The notes: a model not told the origin generated them from the letters alone. A DNA stretch of 64,000 bases from an uncultured Klebsiella sp. (GCA_964478755.1 CAYZJP010000004.1:16738-80737); one strand, 5' to 3'. Shown: positions 1 through 9,380, counted from the stretch's first letter. Made by a program: numbers and translations.

Positions 1-89
1 GCCTTACCCTTTTCCTCCGGTCAAATGCGGATTTGTCAGCGGCACGGGTTGTGGCACATTCCCGGCAGACAACCCAAATCCGTCGCGCC

Positions 90-1514
90 ATGAAAACCTT
101 CCCGAACGGCCTCTGCACGCCGCCCGCGCCCGCCGACTGGTTCCGCACGCGCCGGGAGTTTCTCGCGCAGTCGGGCCTGGGTTTCGGCGCGGTGAGCCTG
201 GCCGCGCTCGCAGGGCTGGGCCTGATGCCCGCGCTGCCGGGACAGGCCGCAGAGGTCAACGCGACTTCGCCGCTGGCACCGAAGAAGCCGCATTTCCCGG
301 CCAAGGCCAAACGCGTGCTGCACATCTTCGCCCAGGGCGCGCCGTCGCATCTCGACACGTGGGATCCGAAACCGGAGCTGGTGAAGTTCGACGGCAAGTC
401 GTTGCCTAACGGCGGCACGGGCTTCGGCTCGCCGTTCAAATTTCCGAAGCAAGGCAAGTCCGGCCTCGAGATCAGCGAGGTCTGGCCTGCGTTGAGCCAG
501 CACGCGGACCGGCTCGCGGTCATCCGCTCGGCCTACACGGACATCCCGGCGCACGACCAGGCGACCATCTTCATGAACACCGGCTCGCTGCGCTTCTCGC
601 GGCCCAGCGTCGGCGCGTGGGTGCTCTATGGACTCGGCAGCGAGAACCAAAGCTTGCCCGGTTTCGTCGCGCTCTCGCCCGGCAACGTGGACGCGCAGAA
701 TCTCCGCTCGGCGTTTCTGCCCGGCGCGTTTCAGGGCACGGCGGTCAACTCCACGCGCAACCGCCCGGAGGAACTCATCGAGAACATCCGCAACAAGTTC
801 GTCTCGATGCCGGAGCAAAGGCGACAGCTCGATTTGCTGAACCAACTGAACGAAGTTCACGCGCAGAAGATGCGGAAGGACGGCCAGCTTGAGGCGCGAT
901 TGCAGGCGTATGAACTCGCGTTCCAGATGCAGATGGAAGCCGTGGACGCGTTCGATCTCACGAAGGAGCCGCAGGCGATGCACGACCTCTACGGCTCGAA
1001 TACGCAGCAGGGCCGGCAGATGCTCATCGCGCGGCGGCTCCTGCAAAAGGGCGTGCGCTTCGTGCAGGCCTGGCACGGCGGCTGGGACCATCACAACAAC
1101 ATGGCGACGAACATGCGCAACACCGCCGGCGCGATGGACAAGCCCTTCGCCGCGCTGCTCACCGACCTCGCGCAACGCGGAATGCTCGATGAAACGCTCG
1201 TCATCTGGGGCGGTGAGTTTGGCCGCACGCCATCAGCCGACGGAAATGCGATGGGCAACCCTGGCCGCAATCACAACGCGAAGGCGATGAGCGTGGTGCT
1301 CGCGGGCGGCGGCGTGAAAGGCGGCCTCGCGCACGGCCAGACAGACGAACTCGGTGCGATGGCCGTCGAGGACAAGGTCCACATCCACGACGTGCATGCG
1401 ACCATCCTGCACCTGCTGGGCTTTGATCACGAGAAGCTGACCTTCCGCCACAACGGCCGCGATTTCCGTCTGACGGACGTGTATGGGAGCGTCGTGCGGC
1501 AAGTGGTGGCGTGA
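90..1514 (+). CDS. DUF1501 domain protein (sulfatase-fold, Tat-type signal)
   Basis: The ATG at 90 (MKTFPNG) precedes a twin-arginine-like signal, RREFLAQSGLGFGAVSLAA. The body reads as typical DUF1501: HIFAQGAPSHLDTWDPKPE ... WGGEFGRTP ... GRNHN. It is a clear paralog of 31561..33033. The track start at 33 is an alternative-codon extension. Confidence 0.85.
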   Translation: MKTFPNGLCTPPAPADWFRTRREFLAQSGLGFGAVSLAALAGLGLMPALPGQAAEVNATSPLAPKKPHFPAKAKRVLHIFAQGAPSHLDTWDPKPELVKFDGKSLPNGGTGFGSPFKFPKQGKSGLEISEVWPALSQHADRLAVIRSAYTDIPAHDQATIFMNTGSLRFSRPSVGAWVLYGLGSENQSLPGFVALSPGNVDAQNLRSAFLPGAFQGTAVNSTRNRPEELIENIRNKFVSMPEQRRQLDLLNQLNEVHAQKMRKDGQLEARLQAYELAFQMQMEAVDAFDLTKEPQAMHDLYGSNTQQGRQMLIARRLLQKGVRFVQAWHGGWDHHNNMATNMRNTAGAMDKPFAALLTDLAQRGMLDETLVIWGGEFGRTPSADGNAMGNPGRNHNAKAMSVVLAGGGVKGGLAHGQTDELGAMAVEDKVHIHDVHATILHLLGFDHEKLTFRHNGRDFRLTDVYGSVVRQVVA

Positions 1515-1906
1515 AGACAGAACACGAAGAAGTTCATGGCCCTGTGGCTAGACACCTCAGCGACGCAGGAGGCCTGTTCGTTTCGTTTATCGTGCTCGTC
1601 TCGCTCGTGGTTTCCATGTTGCTGGTGCCCTTGGTTGTCGTGTCAGCGCGAGGTGTTTGGGATGATGGTGGGGCGCGGTTCTTTTCAACAATTTGGTTGA
1701 ACTTGGCCTTCCCCGTTGCCTTGGTCTGCGTGCTCATTCATTACCTCACTCCGGGAGGCGAATCACGCCGGGTTTGGTTTCCAAAGTTCGTTGAAGCATT
1801 TTTCTGGGCGAACGCACTCGGTTGGCTTTGTGTTGCCGTCTGGCTTTCGGGCGGTATCGAGATGTTCTCCAGAAGCGTTTGGTGGCTCGCGTGGCTGTGG
1901 AGCTGA
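1511..1906 (+). CDS. hypothetical small membrane protein (3-4 predicted TM segments)
   Basis: Its GTG start overlaps the DUF1501 stop (GTGA at 1511-1514). The ORF is hydrophobic and Trp-rich, and the stretch is visibly lower in GC and T-rich compared with its flanks. I recognise no family. Confidence 0.45.
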   Translation: MKTEHEEVHGPVARHLSDAGGLFVSFIVLVSLVVSMLLVPLVVVSARGVWDDGGARFFSTIWLNLAFPVALVCVLIHYLTPGGESRRVWFPKFVEAFFWANALGWLCVAVWLSGGIEMFSRSVWWLAWLWS

Positions 1907-2051
1907 AGAGCGAGGATTTGGAGCGCGGCGTTCACGCCGCAGGGGTGTCCGAGTGAAAAGGCGCGTCCTGCAATCTTATGCAGACTCAGCCTGCTGCGGC
2001 CTGAAGGCCGCGCTCCTGTCGCCTTACTGCGAAACGGCCAGCGGCTGGTCT

Positions 2052-3272
2052 TTACGCGGCTTGGTCCTTCTTCCCCTCCAGCAAATAGGTGCGGATTTCG
2101 CCGACGCCTTTGCAGGTGACCGTGCCTCGCTCAGTGAGTTCGAACTTCTCTCGCAGGCGTTCGCGGGTGTCGGCGGGGACGTGGATGCGGTCGGGCAGGC
2201 CGCTGGATTGCATACGGCTGGCGAGGTTGACTGTTCTGCCCCACAAGTCGTAGGTGAATTTTTTTCGTCCGATGACACCGGCGACGACAGGACCGGAATT
2301 CAACCCGATGCGGATATGCAGGCTGGTGCCGCGCTCGCGGTTGAGGTCGGCGGTGGCCGCCAACATCGCCAGCGCCATCTCCGCCACCGCCTCGGCATGG
2401 TCGGGATTTGGCACCGGCAGACCACCGACCGCGAAATAGTTGTCGCCGATGGTTTTGATCTTCTCCAGGCCGTGCTGCTCCGCGAGGCGGTCGAAGCGGG
2501 AAAACAGGTCGTTGAGCAGCGCGACGAGTTCTTCCGGTTCGGTCTGGTTGGTGAGCGCGGTGAAGTCCACGATGTCGGCGAAGAGCACGGTGACTTCCGT
2601 GAAGCGCTCGGCGATGGTGCGCTCCCCGTGTTTGAGGCGCTCGGCGATGGCGTGCGGCAGGATGTTGAGCAGGAGACGCTCGGACTTTTCCTTCTCGATT
2701 TCGAGGAGCGACTTCTCCTGCTGCAACTCAATGACGCGCAGGCGTTCGAGGTCGCGGAGGCGCTTGCGTTCAAGCGACGCGGAGACGCGCGCGCGGAGAA
2801 TGGTGCCATTGACGGGCTTGGGCAGGAAGTCCTCCGCACCGAGTTCGATGCAGCGCGCGACAGACTCCAGCTCGTTCATGCCGGAGGCGACGACGACCGG
2901 CAGATGATGCAGAAAGGGATCGTTCTTGATGGCTGTCAGCAGCGCGAACCCGTCCATCACCGGCATCTGCATGTCGGTGATCAGGAGGTCGAACTCGCGC
3001 TCGCGCAGCGCGGCGAGCGCCTGTTCACCGTCGCGCGCCTCGGCGACATTCTGATAGCCCAGCGCGCGGAGCATGAGCGCAAGCACGTTGCGCATGGCGT
3101 CCTCGTCGTCGGCGACGAGGATGGCCGCCTGCTGGCCTGACTGGTCGGTTTGGGCGCGCTGCAACTGGAGCGCCTGTTCGGGCGACAGACCGCCCTGCGC
3201 CGCCGTGCGCAGGAGGCGGAAGGTGCTGGTTTCCTCGTGCGTCGGGAGTGGGAGGTTGCGGTCCTCTTCCAT
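2052..3272 (-). CDS. response-regulator receiver fused to a class III adenylate/guanylate cyclase
   Basis: The receiver domain shows ILVADDEDAMRNVL...DLLITDMQMPVMDG...KP. A coiled-coil linker follows. The cyclase core shows VTVLFADIVDFT...KTIGDNYFAVGG...GLNSGPVVAGVIG...YDLWGRTVNLASRM. The start is an ATG. Confidence 0.87.
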   Translation of the reverse strand: MEEDRNLPLPTHEETSTFRLLRTAAQGGLSPEQALQLQRAQTDQSGQQAAILVADDEDAMRNVLALMLRALGYQNVAEARDGEQALAALREREFDLLITDMQMPVMDGFALLTAIKNDPFLHHLPVVVASGMNELESVARCIELGAEDFLPKPVNGTILRARVSASLERKRLRDLERLRVIELQQEKSLLEIEKEKSERLLLNILPHAIAERLKHGERTIAERFTEVTVLFADIVDFTALTNQTEPEELVALLNDLFSRFDRLAEQHGLEKIKTIGDNYFAVGGLPVPNPDHAEAVAEMALAMLAATADLNRERGTSLHIRIGLNSGPVVAGVIGRKKFTYDLWGRTVNLASRMQSSGLPDRIHVPADTRERLREKFELTERGTVTCKGVGEIRTYLLEGKKDQAA

Positions 3273-3404
3273 GAGTGTTGCCGGTGGCGGATGTTCGGGT
3301 TGCGCGGCGGCATCATGGGCACGAACACGCAGAAGGCTGCCAGCAAATTGCGTCGAAATTCTGCCTGAGCAAGAGGCTTTTCCCGGCTCAGTCCGTTCTC
3401 CGGG

Positions 3405-4187
3405 CTACAAGGAGACCGTCGGACTCGGTGCGTCCTGCGAAGTGGACTCGATGGCGATGTGCGTCGCGCCGAGGCGCCGCAAACGCCCGCCCACAGCCTC
3501 GCGCGCCAGCTCCGGGCGATTGCAGTCGCGGCTGAGGTGGCCGAGATAAATCCGCGCCAGCGTGGCCGAGACGATCTGCTCGGCCACTTCGGCGGCGGCG
3601 GCGTTCGACAGATGGCCATGACGGCTGAGGATGCGTTGTTTCGTGCTCCACGGGCGCTTGGTGTCGTCCTGGAGCAGCTTCAAATCGTGGTTTGCCTCCA
3701 GCACGAGCAAGTGCGCGGGACGAACGCGTTCGAGCACTAGTTTCGTCGCGTGGCCGAGGTCGGTGAGGAAGCCGATGTTGCCCGCCGTCGTGCGAAGCAA
3801 AAAGCCGACAGGGTCTTGCGCGTCGTGCGGGACGCTGAAGGTGTCCACCGTCACGTCGCCGAGGTCAAAGCTCGCGCCCGTGGTGAAATGCCGCCCCTCG
3901 AAGCGCGTCTCCAACTGCCGCTCGGTGGCTTCCTGCGTAAGCCGGTTGCAGTAAACGGGGATGCGCAGCTTCGCCGCGAGCGCGGTCAGCCCTTGCGTGT
4001 GGTCCTGGTGCTCGTGCGTGAGCAGGATGCCCGTGAGCGTCTCCGGCGTGCGGCTGATGGAGGCGAGGCGCTGGCGGATTTGCCGGCCACTGAAGCCGGC
4101 GTCAATCAGCAGGCGAACCTCGGGTGTCTCCAAGTAGGCACAATTGCCGCCGGAACCGCTGCCGAGGATGGTGAAGTGAACGGACAC
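3405..4187 (-). CDS. MBL-fold metallo-hydrolase
   Basis: Motifs are FTILGSGSGGNCAYLE, LLIDAGFS and the HxHxDH motif LTHEHQDHTQG. I prefer the GTG at 4187, just before the conserved N-terminus. The track start at 4247 is a TTG that reads through the GTTGAAA heptamer run. Confidence 0.78.
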   Translation of the reverse strand: MSVHFTILGSGSGGNCAYLETPEVRLLIDAGFSGRQIRQRLASISRTPETLTGILLTHEHQDHTQGLTALAAKLRIPVYCNRLTQEATERQLETRFEGRHFTTGASFDLGDVTVDTFSVPHDAQDPVGFLLRTTAGNIGFLTDLGHATKLVLERVRPAHLLVLEANHDLKLLQDDTKRPWSTKQRILSRHGHLSNAAAAEVAEQIVSATLARIYLGHLSRDCNRPELAREAVGGRLRRLGATHIAIESTSQDAPSPTVSL

Positions 4188-4207
4188 GCGGCGACGGTAG
4201 GAGATAA

Positions 4208-4288
4208 GTTGAAAGTTGAAAGTTGAAAGCTGAACGGACGCGCCCAACTCGACCGAGCGAGCCTGACCTCTCCTTCAACTTTCAACTC
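4208..4288. repeat. tandem-heptamer hairpin: GTTGAAA x3 plus GCTGAAC (4208-4235), opposed by TTCAAC-T-TTCAAC (4274-4286)
   Basis: Read directly from the sequence. The period is 7 nt. The second arm is the complement of the first unit. It lies between the MBL gene and apaG. Confidence 0.8.
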
Positions 4289-4296
4289 GCCTAACC

Positions 4297-4830
4297 TTAT
4301 GCCCACATCTCCTTCGGCCCCGCGCCGCCTGGCACGACCATCTCGAACGTCGGGATGCGCACGACGACGCGCACGCCCTGCTCGTCCACGCCAAGGTAGC
4401 TGCCTTCGGCGATGGCGCGCGAGGTGTCGAGGATGTGGCGGCTGTTGTAGCTAAACTTCTCGCCGGGCCGCAGCACGGGGAACTCGCCCACCACACCGTC
4501 GCCCTCGATGACCGTGACTTCGCCGCGCGCATTCGTGACGACCCACTTGCGGCCTTTGATGGTCACGGTGCGGTCGGAGCCGTTGTGAATGCTGATGAAA
4601 TAGACGAACGAGTGCGGCTTGTCTGGCGGCGCTGGTAGCTCTGGCGCGTAAACAAGGCGATCCAAAGTCACGCTCAGGCCGGGCAGTTCGAGAAGGTCGT
4701 TTTTCAAGGTGTCGTTCAACCCGGAATTCCGGGCGAGCGGAGCGTGCCGGATCGCGCGGAGAATTGCGACGGCGGATGCGCGACTCCCGCCGCTTCGGGC
4801 AAGTGTGGCTTGAGCACTGTCCCCATTCAT
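4297..4830 (-). CDS. apaG: ApaG (DUF525) domain protein
   Basis: The C-terminal 120 aa match the ApaG pattern: FVYFISIHNGSDRTVTIKGRKWVVTNARGEVTVIEGDGVVGEFPVLRPGEKFSYNS. The N-terminal extension and the exact start are uncertain. Confidence 0.75.
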   Translation of the reverse strand: MNGDSAQATLARSGGSRASAVAILRAIRHAPLARNSGLNDTLKNDLLELPGLSVTLDRLVYAPELPAPPDKPHSFVYFISIHNGSDRTVTIKGRKWVVTNARGEVTVIEGDGVVGEFPVLRPGEKFSYNSRHILDTSRAIAEGSYLGVDEQGVRVVVRIPTFEMVVPGGAGPKEMWA

Positions 4831-4844
4831 CGCACTCTCTCGCC

Positions 4845-6281
4845 ATGCACGCCCGATTTGCTCTAGTCCTGCTCTGCCTCGCCGCCGCCGTTCCCCTCAA
4901 CGCCGCGCCGAAGCCCAACGTCCTCTTCCTCGTCGCCGACGACTTGAACACGCGGCTGGGTTGTTACGGTGATCCGCTCGCGTTCTCGCCGAACATTGAC
5001 CGGCTTGCGAAGCGCGGCGTGCGCTTCGAGCGCGCGTATTGCCAGTATCCGCTGTGCAACCCGTCGCGCTCGTCGTTCATGTCCGGCCTGCGGCCCGACA
5101 CCACGCGCGTCTTCGAGAACGTCACGCACTTCCGCAAGGCCGTGCCCGACGCGCAGACGTTGCCGCAGACATTTCAACAAGCCGGCTACTCCGTCGTGCG
5201 CGCTGGCAAGCTCTACCACTACAACGTCCCCGCCAGCATTGGCACGGATGGCTTCGACGACGCGCCGTCGTGGCAGCGCACCATCAACCCGTCGGGCCGC
5301 GACAAGGTCGAGGAGAAATCCATCCTGAACTACACGCCCAAGATCGGCCTCGGCGCGGCGCTGGCGTGGCACGCCACGGCGGGCGACGGCACGGACCACA
5401 CGGATGGAAAAATCGCCGCCGAGGTCATCCAGCTTCTGGAGCAGCACGCCGCGCAGCCGGACAAACCGTTCTTCATCGGCTGCGGCTTCTTCCGGCCACA
5501 CGTGCCGTGCGTCGCGAGCCAGAAGTTTTTCGATTTGCACCCACTGGAGAAGTTCTCGCTGCCCAACGAGCCGGCAGAGCATCTGGCGAATATTCCGTCC
5601 GTCTCGTTCCTTGTGCGGCCGCCGAACTATGGCGTCGCCGAGCCGGACCTCCGCAACTTCCTCCGCGCCTACTACGCCAGCGTGAGCCAGACGGACGCGC
5701 AGGTTGGCCGCGTGCTCGACGCGCTCGAACGGCTCAAGCTCACGGACAAGACCATTGTCGTCTTTCTCAGCGATCACGGCTGGCTGCTTGGCGAGCACGG
5801 TGGGCAATGGCAGAAGCGCAGTCTCTTCGAGGAATCCGCACGCGTGCCGTTGGTGATTTCCGTTCCAGGCAACAAGAACAACGGCCAGAGCAGCCGTCAC
5901 CCGGTGGAACTCGTGGACTTGCACCCGACGCTTGCGGAACTCTGCGGTCTGCCCATCCATCCGAGTCTCGAAGGCAAGAGCCTTCAACCGCTGCTCGCCA
6001 ATCCGCAGGCTGCGTGGGACAAGCCCGCGTTCACGCAGGTCACGCGCAACGCCGAGGTCAGTCTGACTGTCGGCGTGGATCCAAAAAAGAAATCCCTCAT
6101 GGGCCGCAGCATCCGCACTGACCGCTGGTGCTACATCGAGTGGGACGAAGGCCGCGCGGGCACGGAGCTTTACGACGCGCAGGCGGACCCGAAGCAATAT
6201 CACAACCTCGCCTCCGACCCGCGCCACGCGGAGGATGTCGCCGGGCTGAAGGCGAAATTGAAGGCCCGGGCCAGCCGTTAA
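4845..6281 (+). CDS. sulfatase (formylglycine-dependent, iduronate-2-sulfatase-like)
   Basis: The ATG at 4845 gives a signal peptide, MHARFALVLLCLAAAVPLNA. This is followed by NVLFLVADDL and the CxPxR motif (PLCNPSRSSFMSG), then FLSDHGW further on. Confidence 0.87.
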   Translation: MHARFALVLLCLAAAVPLNAAPKPNVLFLVADDLNTRLGCYGDPLAFSPNIDRLAKRGVRFERAYCQYPLCNPSRSSFMSGLRPDTTRVFENVTHFRKAVPDAQTLPQTFQQAGYSVVRAGKLYHYNVPASIGTDGFDDAPSWQRTINPSGRDKVEEKSILNYTPKIGLGAALAWHATAGDGTDHTDGKIAAEVIQLLEQHAAQPDKPFFIGCGFFRPHVPCVASQKFFDLHPLEKFSLPNEPAEHLANIPSVSFLVRPPNYGVAEPDLRNFLRAYYASVSQTDAQVGRVLDALERLKLTDKTIVVFLSDHGWLLGEHGGQWQKRSLFEESARVPLVISVPGNKNNGQSSRHPVELVDLHPTLAELCGLPIHPSLEGKSLQPLLANPQAAWDKPAFTQVTRNAEVSLTVGVDPKKKSLMGRSIRTDRWCYIEWDEGRAGTELYDAQADPKQYHNLASDPRHAEDVAGLKAKLKARASR

Positions 6282-6400
6282 AATCCCGCTGATGAGGTCG
6301 TAGAAAGCGGCGACAGGTCAGGGCTTCGCCGTAGCGCCCGAGGGGTGAGAAGATTTGCAATCGCGCCGGTGCTTGTTCATCGTCTGCGCCGCTATTTGTC

Positions 6401-7930
6401 ATGGAAGCCTCGGCAAAAAAAATTTTCCGCGTTCACGAACTCGGCCCGGCACTGGAACCGCACCGCGCCAGCGGGAAGACCATCGTGCATTGCCACGGCG
6501 TCTTTGACCTGCTGCACATCGGACACATCAAGCACCTCGAAGCGGCGAAGCAGCTCGGCGACGTGCTCGTCGTGACGACCACGCCCGACCGCTTCGTGAA
6601 CAAGGGGCCACACCGGCCCGCATTTCCCGAGAAGCTCCGCGCGGAGGCGCTCGCGTCGCTGGCGTGCGTGGATTACGTGGCCATCAACGAGTGGCCCACC
6701 GCGGTTGAGACGATCAAAATCGTCCGTCCGTCGCTCTACGTGAAGGGCATGGTGCGCGAGGAGGGCAAGCGCGACCACACAAATGCCATCTCGGACGAGG
6801 AGCAGGCCGTCATCAACTGTGGCGGTAAGCTGCACCTGACCGATGAGGAGACCTTCAGCGCGTCCACGCTCATCAACCGCTTCATGGACGTCTTCTCGCC
6901 GAAGACCAAGGACTTCCTCGAAACCTTCCGCGCGAAGCACCCGCCCGAGGAGGTCATCGGGCACTTGCAGGCGGTGCGGAAACTGAAGGTGCTCGTCATC
7001 GGCGAGACCATCATTGACGAGTATCAGTTCTGCGGCGTGCTGGGCAAATCCAGCAAGGAGCCGGTGCTCGCGGCGCTGCATCACCGCACCGAGCAATACG
7101 CCGGCGGCGTGCTGGCCATCGCGAACCACGTCGCAAATTTCTGCGACGAGGTGGGTCTCCTGAGCGCACTGGGCACCGAGAATTCCCGAGAGGACTTCGT
7201 GCAGGCGAAGCTGAACAAGAACGTCCGTCCACACTTCCTCCGCCTGCCCAACGCGCCGACCATCGTGAAGCGGCGTTTCCTCGAAGAGCACCTTTCGGCG
7301 AAGCTGTTCGAGGTTTACGAGATGCGGAACGAGCGACTCACGCCCGCGCTCGAAGAACAGTTCCTCAAGCAGCTCGACGAGCTGCTGCCGCAATACGACG
7401 TCGTGGTCGTCGCTGACTATGGGCACGGCCTGCTGACCGAGCGCGCGGTGCATCTCATCTGCGCGCGCGCGAAGTTCCTCGCCGTGAACGTGCAGGTCAA
7501 CGCCGGCAACCGGGGTTTCAACCTCATCTCCAAGTATCCGCGCGCCGACTTTGTCTCGCTTGGCGAACCGGAGGTGCGCCTTGACGCGCGCAAGATGACC
7601 GACGACCTCGCCGCCATCACCCGCACGGCGGCGGCGCGTGTGGGCAGCCAATACTTCCTCGTCACCCGCGGTGGCTCCGGCTGCTACTGCTGTGACCGGC
7701 AGCAGAACATCGCTGAAGTGCCGGCCTTCGCCATCCGCGTTGTGGACCGCGTGGGCGCTGGCGATGCGGTGTTCGCTGTGACCGCCCCGTGCGCAGCGCT
7801 GGGTATCCCGGCGGAGACGCTGGGCTTCATCGCCAACGTCGTCGGCGCGGAGGCGTGCATGATCATGGGCCACCGGAGCTTCATTGATCCGACGAGCCTG
7901 TTCCGGCATTTCACGTCGCTGATGAAATGA
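6401..7930 (+). CDS. bifunctional sugar-phosphate nucleotidyltransferase (cytidylyl/adenylyltransferase fold) / PfkB-family sugar kinase
   Basis: The N-terminus shows HCHGVFDLLHIGHIKHLEAAK, the HxGH nucleotidyltransferase motif. The C-terminus shows the PfkB signature VVDRVGAGDAVFAV. The content resembles HldE/RfaE, but the domain order is swapped. Confidence 0.8.
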   Translation: MEASAKKIFRVHELGPALEPHRASGKTIVHCHGVFDLLHIGHIKHLEAAKQLGDVLVVTTTPDRFVNKGPHRPAFPEKLRAEALASLACVDYVAINEWPTAVETIKIVRPSLYVKGMVREEGKRDHTNAISDEEQAVINCGGKLHLTDEETFSASTLINRFMDVFSPKTKDFLETFRAKHPPEEVIGHLQAVRKLKVLVIGETIIDEYQFCGVLGKSSKEPVLAALHHRTEQYAGGVLAIANHVANFCDEVGLLSALGTENSREDFVQAKLNKNVRPHFLRLPNAPTIVKRRFLEEHLSAKLFEVYEMRNERLTPALEEQFLKQLDELLPQYDVVVVADYGHGLLTERAVHLICARAKFLAVNVQVNAGNRGFNLISKYPRADFVSLGEPEVRLDARKMTDDLAAITRTAAARVGSQYFLVTRGGSGCYCCDRQQNIAEVPAFAIRVVDRVGAGDAVFAVTAPCAALGIPAETLGFIANVVGAEACMIMGHRSFIDPTSLFRHFTSLMK

Positions 7931-7941
7931 CTTCGTTCCAT

Positions 7942-8004
7942 GTTCAAGGTTCAAGGTTCCAAGTGAGCCGCCCAACCTTGAACTTTGAACCTTAAACTTT
8001 GAAC
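7942..8004. repeat. tandem-heptamer hairpin: GTTCAAG-type units (7942-7963) opposed by CTTGAAC/CTTTGAA units (7976-8004)
   Basis: Read directly. There are three units in one arm and four in the other, with an approximately 12-nt loop. It fills the 80-nt gap between two co-directional genes and may also act as a terminator. Confidence 0.8.
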
Positions 8005-8010
8005 TCACAG

Positions 8011-9021
8011 ATGAATCCCAACGGCTACAAGCAACTCCTCGTCACCGGCGGTGGCGGCTACGTCGGCAGCGCGCTTGTGCCGGCGCTGCTTGATGCCGGC
8101 TATCGCGTGCGCGTGCTCGATACTTTCTGGTATGGCAAAAGCGTCTTCGGTGACTACGCCAAGCGTCCTGAGTTGGAGCTGCTGGAGCTGGACCTGCGCG
8201 ACGGCAAGCGCGTCGGCGAAGCGATGAAGGGCGTGGATGCCGTCATCCACCTCGCCTGCATCTCGAACGACCCGAGCTTCGAGCTGAACCCGAACCTCGG
8301 CAAATCCATCAACTACGACTGCTTCGCCGGGCTGATGGATGGTGCCATTGCCGCGGGCGTGAAGCGCTTCATCTACGCGAGTTCATCCAGCATCTACGGC
8401 GTGAAGGAAACGCCCGACGTGCGCGAGGATGCCGAGCCGCTGCCGCTCACCGACTACTCGCGCTTCAAGCTCGACTGCGAACGCGACCTCCTCGCCCGCA
8501 CCGACGTGCGCGGCATGGACCGCGTCATCATCCGGCCCGCGACTGTCTGTGGCTACGCGCCGCGCCTGCGCCTCGACCTCTCGGTGAACATCCTCACCAT
8601 TCACGCGCTGGTGAATCACAAGATCCGCATCTTCGGCGGCAAGCAGCTTCGCCCGAACCTGAACATCAAGGACATGGTGCGCGCCTACCTGATGTTCCTC
8701 GAAGCGCCCACCGCGAAGGTGGACCGCGAGGCGTTCAACGTCGGCTTCCAAAACCTCGCGATCGAGAAGATCGCCTTCCTCGTGCGCGACACGATTGGCG
8801 ACCCGACCATCGAGCTGGAATACACGCCGAGCGACGACAACCGCAGCTACCACGTCAATTCCGACAAGGTGCGCCGCGTGCTCGGCTTCGCGCCGCAGTT
8901 CGGCATCGAGGACGCCATCCAGAGCATCGTCACCGCCTATCGCGCGGGCAAGATTCCCGACCCGTTCAAGAACACGCTCTACTCCAACATCAAGCGGATG
9001 CAGGAGCTGAAAATTAGCTAG
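8011..9021 (+). CDS. NAD-dependent epimerase/dehydratase (extended SDR)
   Basis: A Rossmann motif (LVTGGGGYVGSALV) is present, followed by SSSSIYG and YSRFK (YxxxK). The ATG at 8011 is preferred over the TTG at 7999. Confidence 0.86.
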   Translation: MNPNGYKQLLVTGGGGYVGSALVPALLDAGYRVRVLDTFWYGKSVFGDYAKRPELELLELDLRDGKRVGEAMKGVDAVIHLACISNDPSFELNPNLGKSINYDCFAGLMDGAIAAGVKRFIYASSSSIYGVKETPDVREDAEPLPLTDYSRFKLDCERDLLARTDVRGMDRVIIRPATVCGYAPRLRLDLSVNILTIHALVNHKIRIFGGKQLRPNLNIKDMVRAYLMFLEAPTAKVDREAFNVGFQNLAIEKIAFLVRDTIGDPTIELEYTPSDDNRSYHVNSDKVRRVLGFAPQFGIEDAIQSIVTAYRAGKIPDPFKNTLYSNIKRMQELKIS

Positions 9022-9077
9022 GCGTGTATGCGCCGTGTGTGAGCCATGAACCAATCATCCGTTCTCCCTCACCCTAG

Positions 9078-9287
9078 CCCTCTCCCGCTGGGAGAGGGAA
9101 CCGCTTCGACCGCGTCTCTCGTCACCGCACGCGCCCTTTCGCTCCACCGCTGGCTGCCTTTCTCCCTCTCCCTTTGCGGAGCAAAGGGAGAGGGCCGGGG
9201 TGAGGGGTTGCGTGCGACGGCGTTGGCGGCCCCTCCCCTCATCCGGCCTGCGGCCACCTTCTCCCCTCGCTCTGCGAAGGGAGAAGG
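9078..9287. repeat. cluster of three REP-like stem-loops (CCCTCTCCC/GGGAGAGGG type)
   Basis: The hairpins are at 9078-9098, 9164-9194 and 9257-9287. Translation gives the familiar bogus peptides SPLPLGEG and GEGRGEG, so the track ORFs 9046..9384 and 9055..9336 are artefacts. Confidence 0.8.
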
Positions 9288-9334
9288 CTCGCTCCGAAAC
9301 TTTACCATTTTCGCTACATCGCTTCCTTCTCCAC

Positions 9335-9376
9335 ATTGGAAGTTGAATGTTGAGCGTTGGACGTTGGGCGTTTCCC
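9335..9376 (+). repeat. degenerating heptamer run: ATTGGAA GTTGAAT GTTGAGC GTTGGAC GTTGGGC GTTTCCC
   Basis: Read directly. It shows period 7 over six units, with no opposing arm. It ends just upstream of the first DegT gene start. Confidence 0.7.
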
Positions 9377-9380
9377 TGCT

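Noticed and set aside
36-1175. Long antisense or off-frame ORFs across real genes. Examples are 36..1175 (-), 4863..6227 (-), 6392..8008 (-), 18056..21019 (+), 46748..48157 (-), 48668..50386 (-) and 57067..59715 (-).
   Set aside because: They are shadow ORFs, typical of high-GC DNA. Their Arg/Ala/Gly/His-rich composition shows no motifs, and each fully overlaps a gene with clear family signatures on the other strand or frame.
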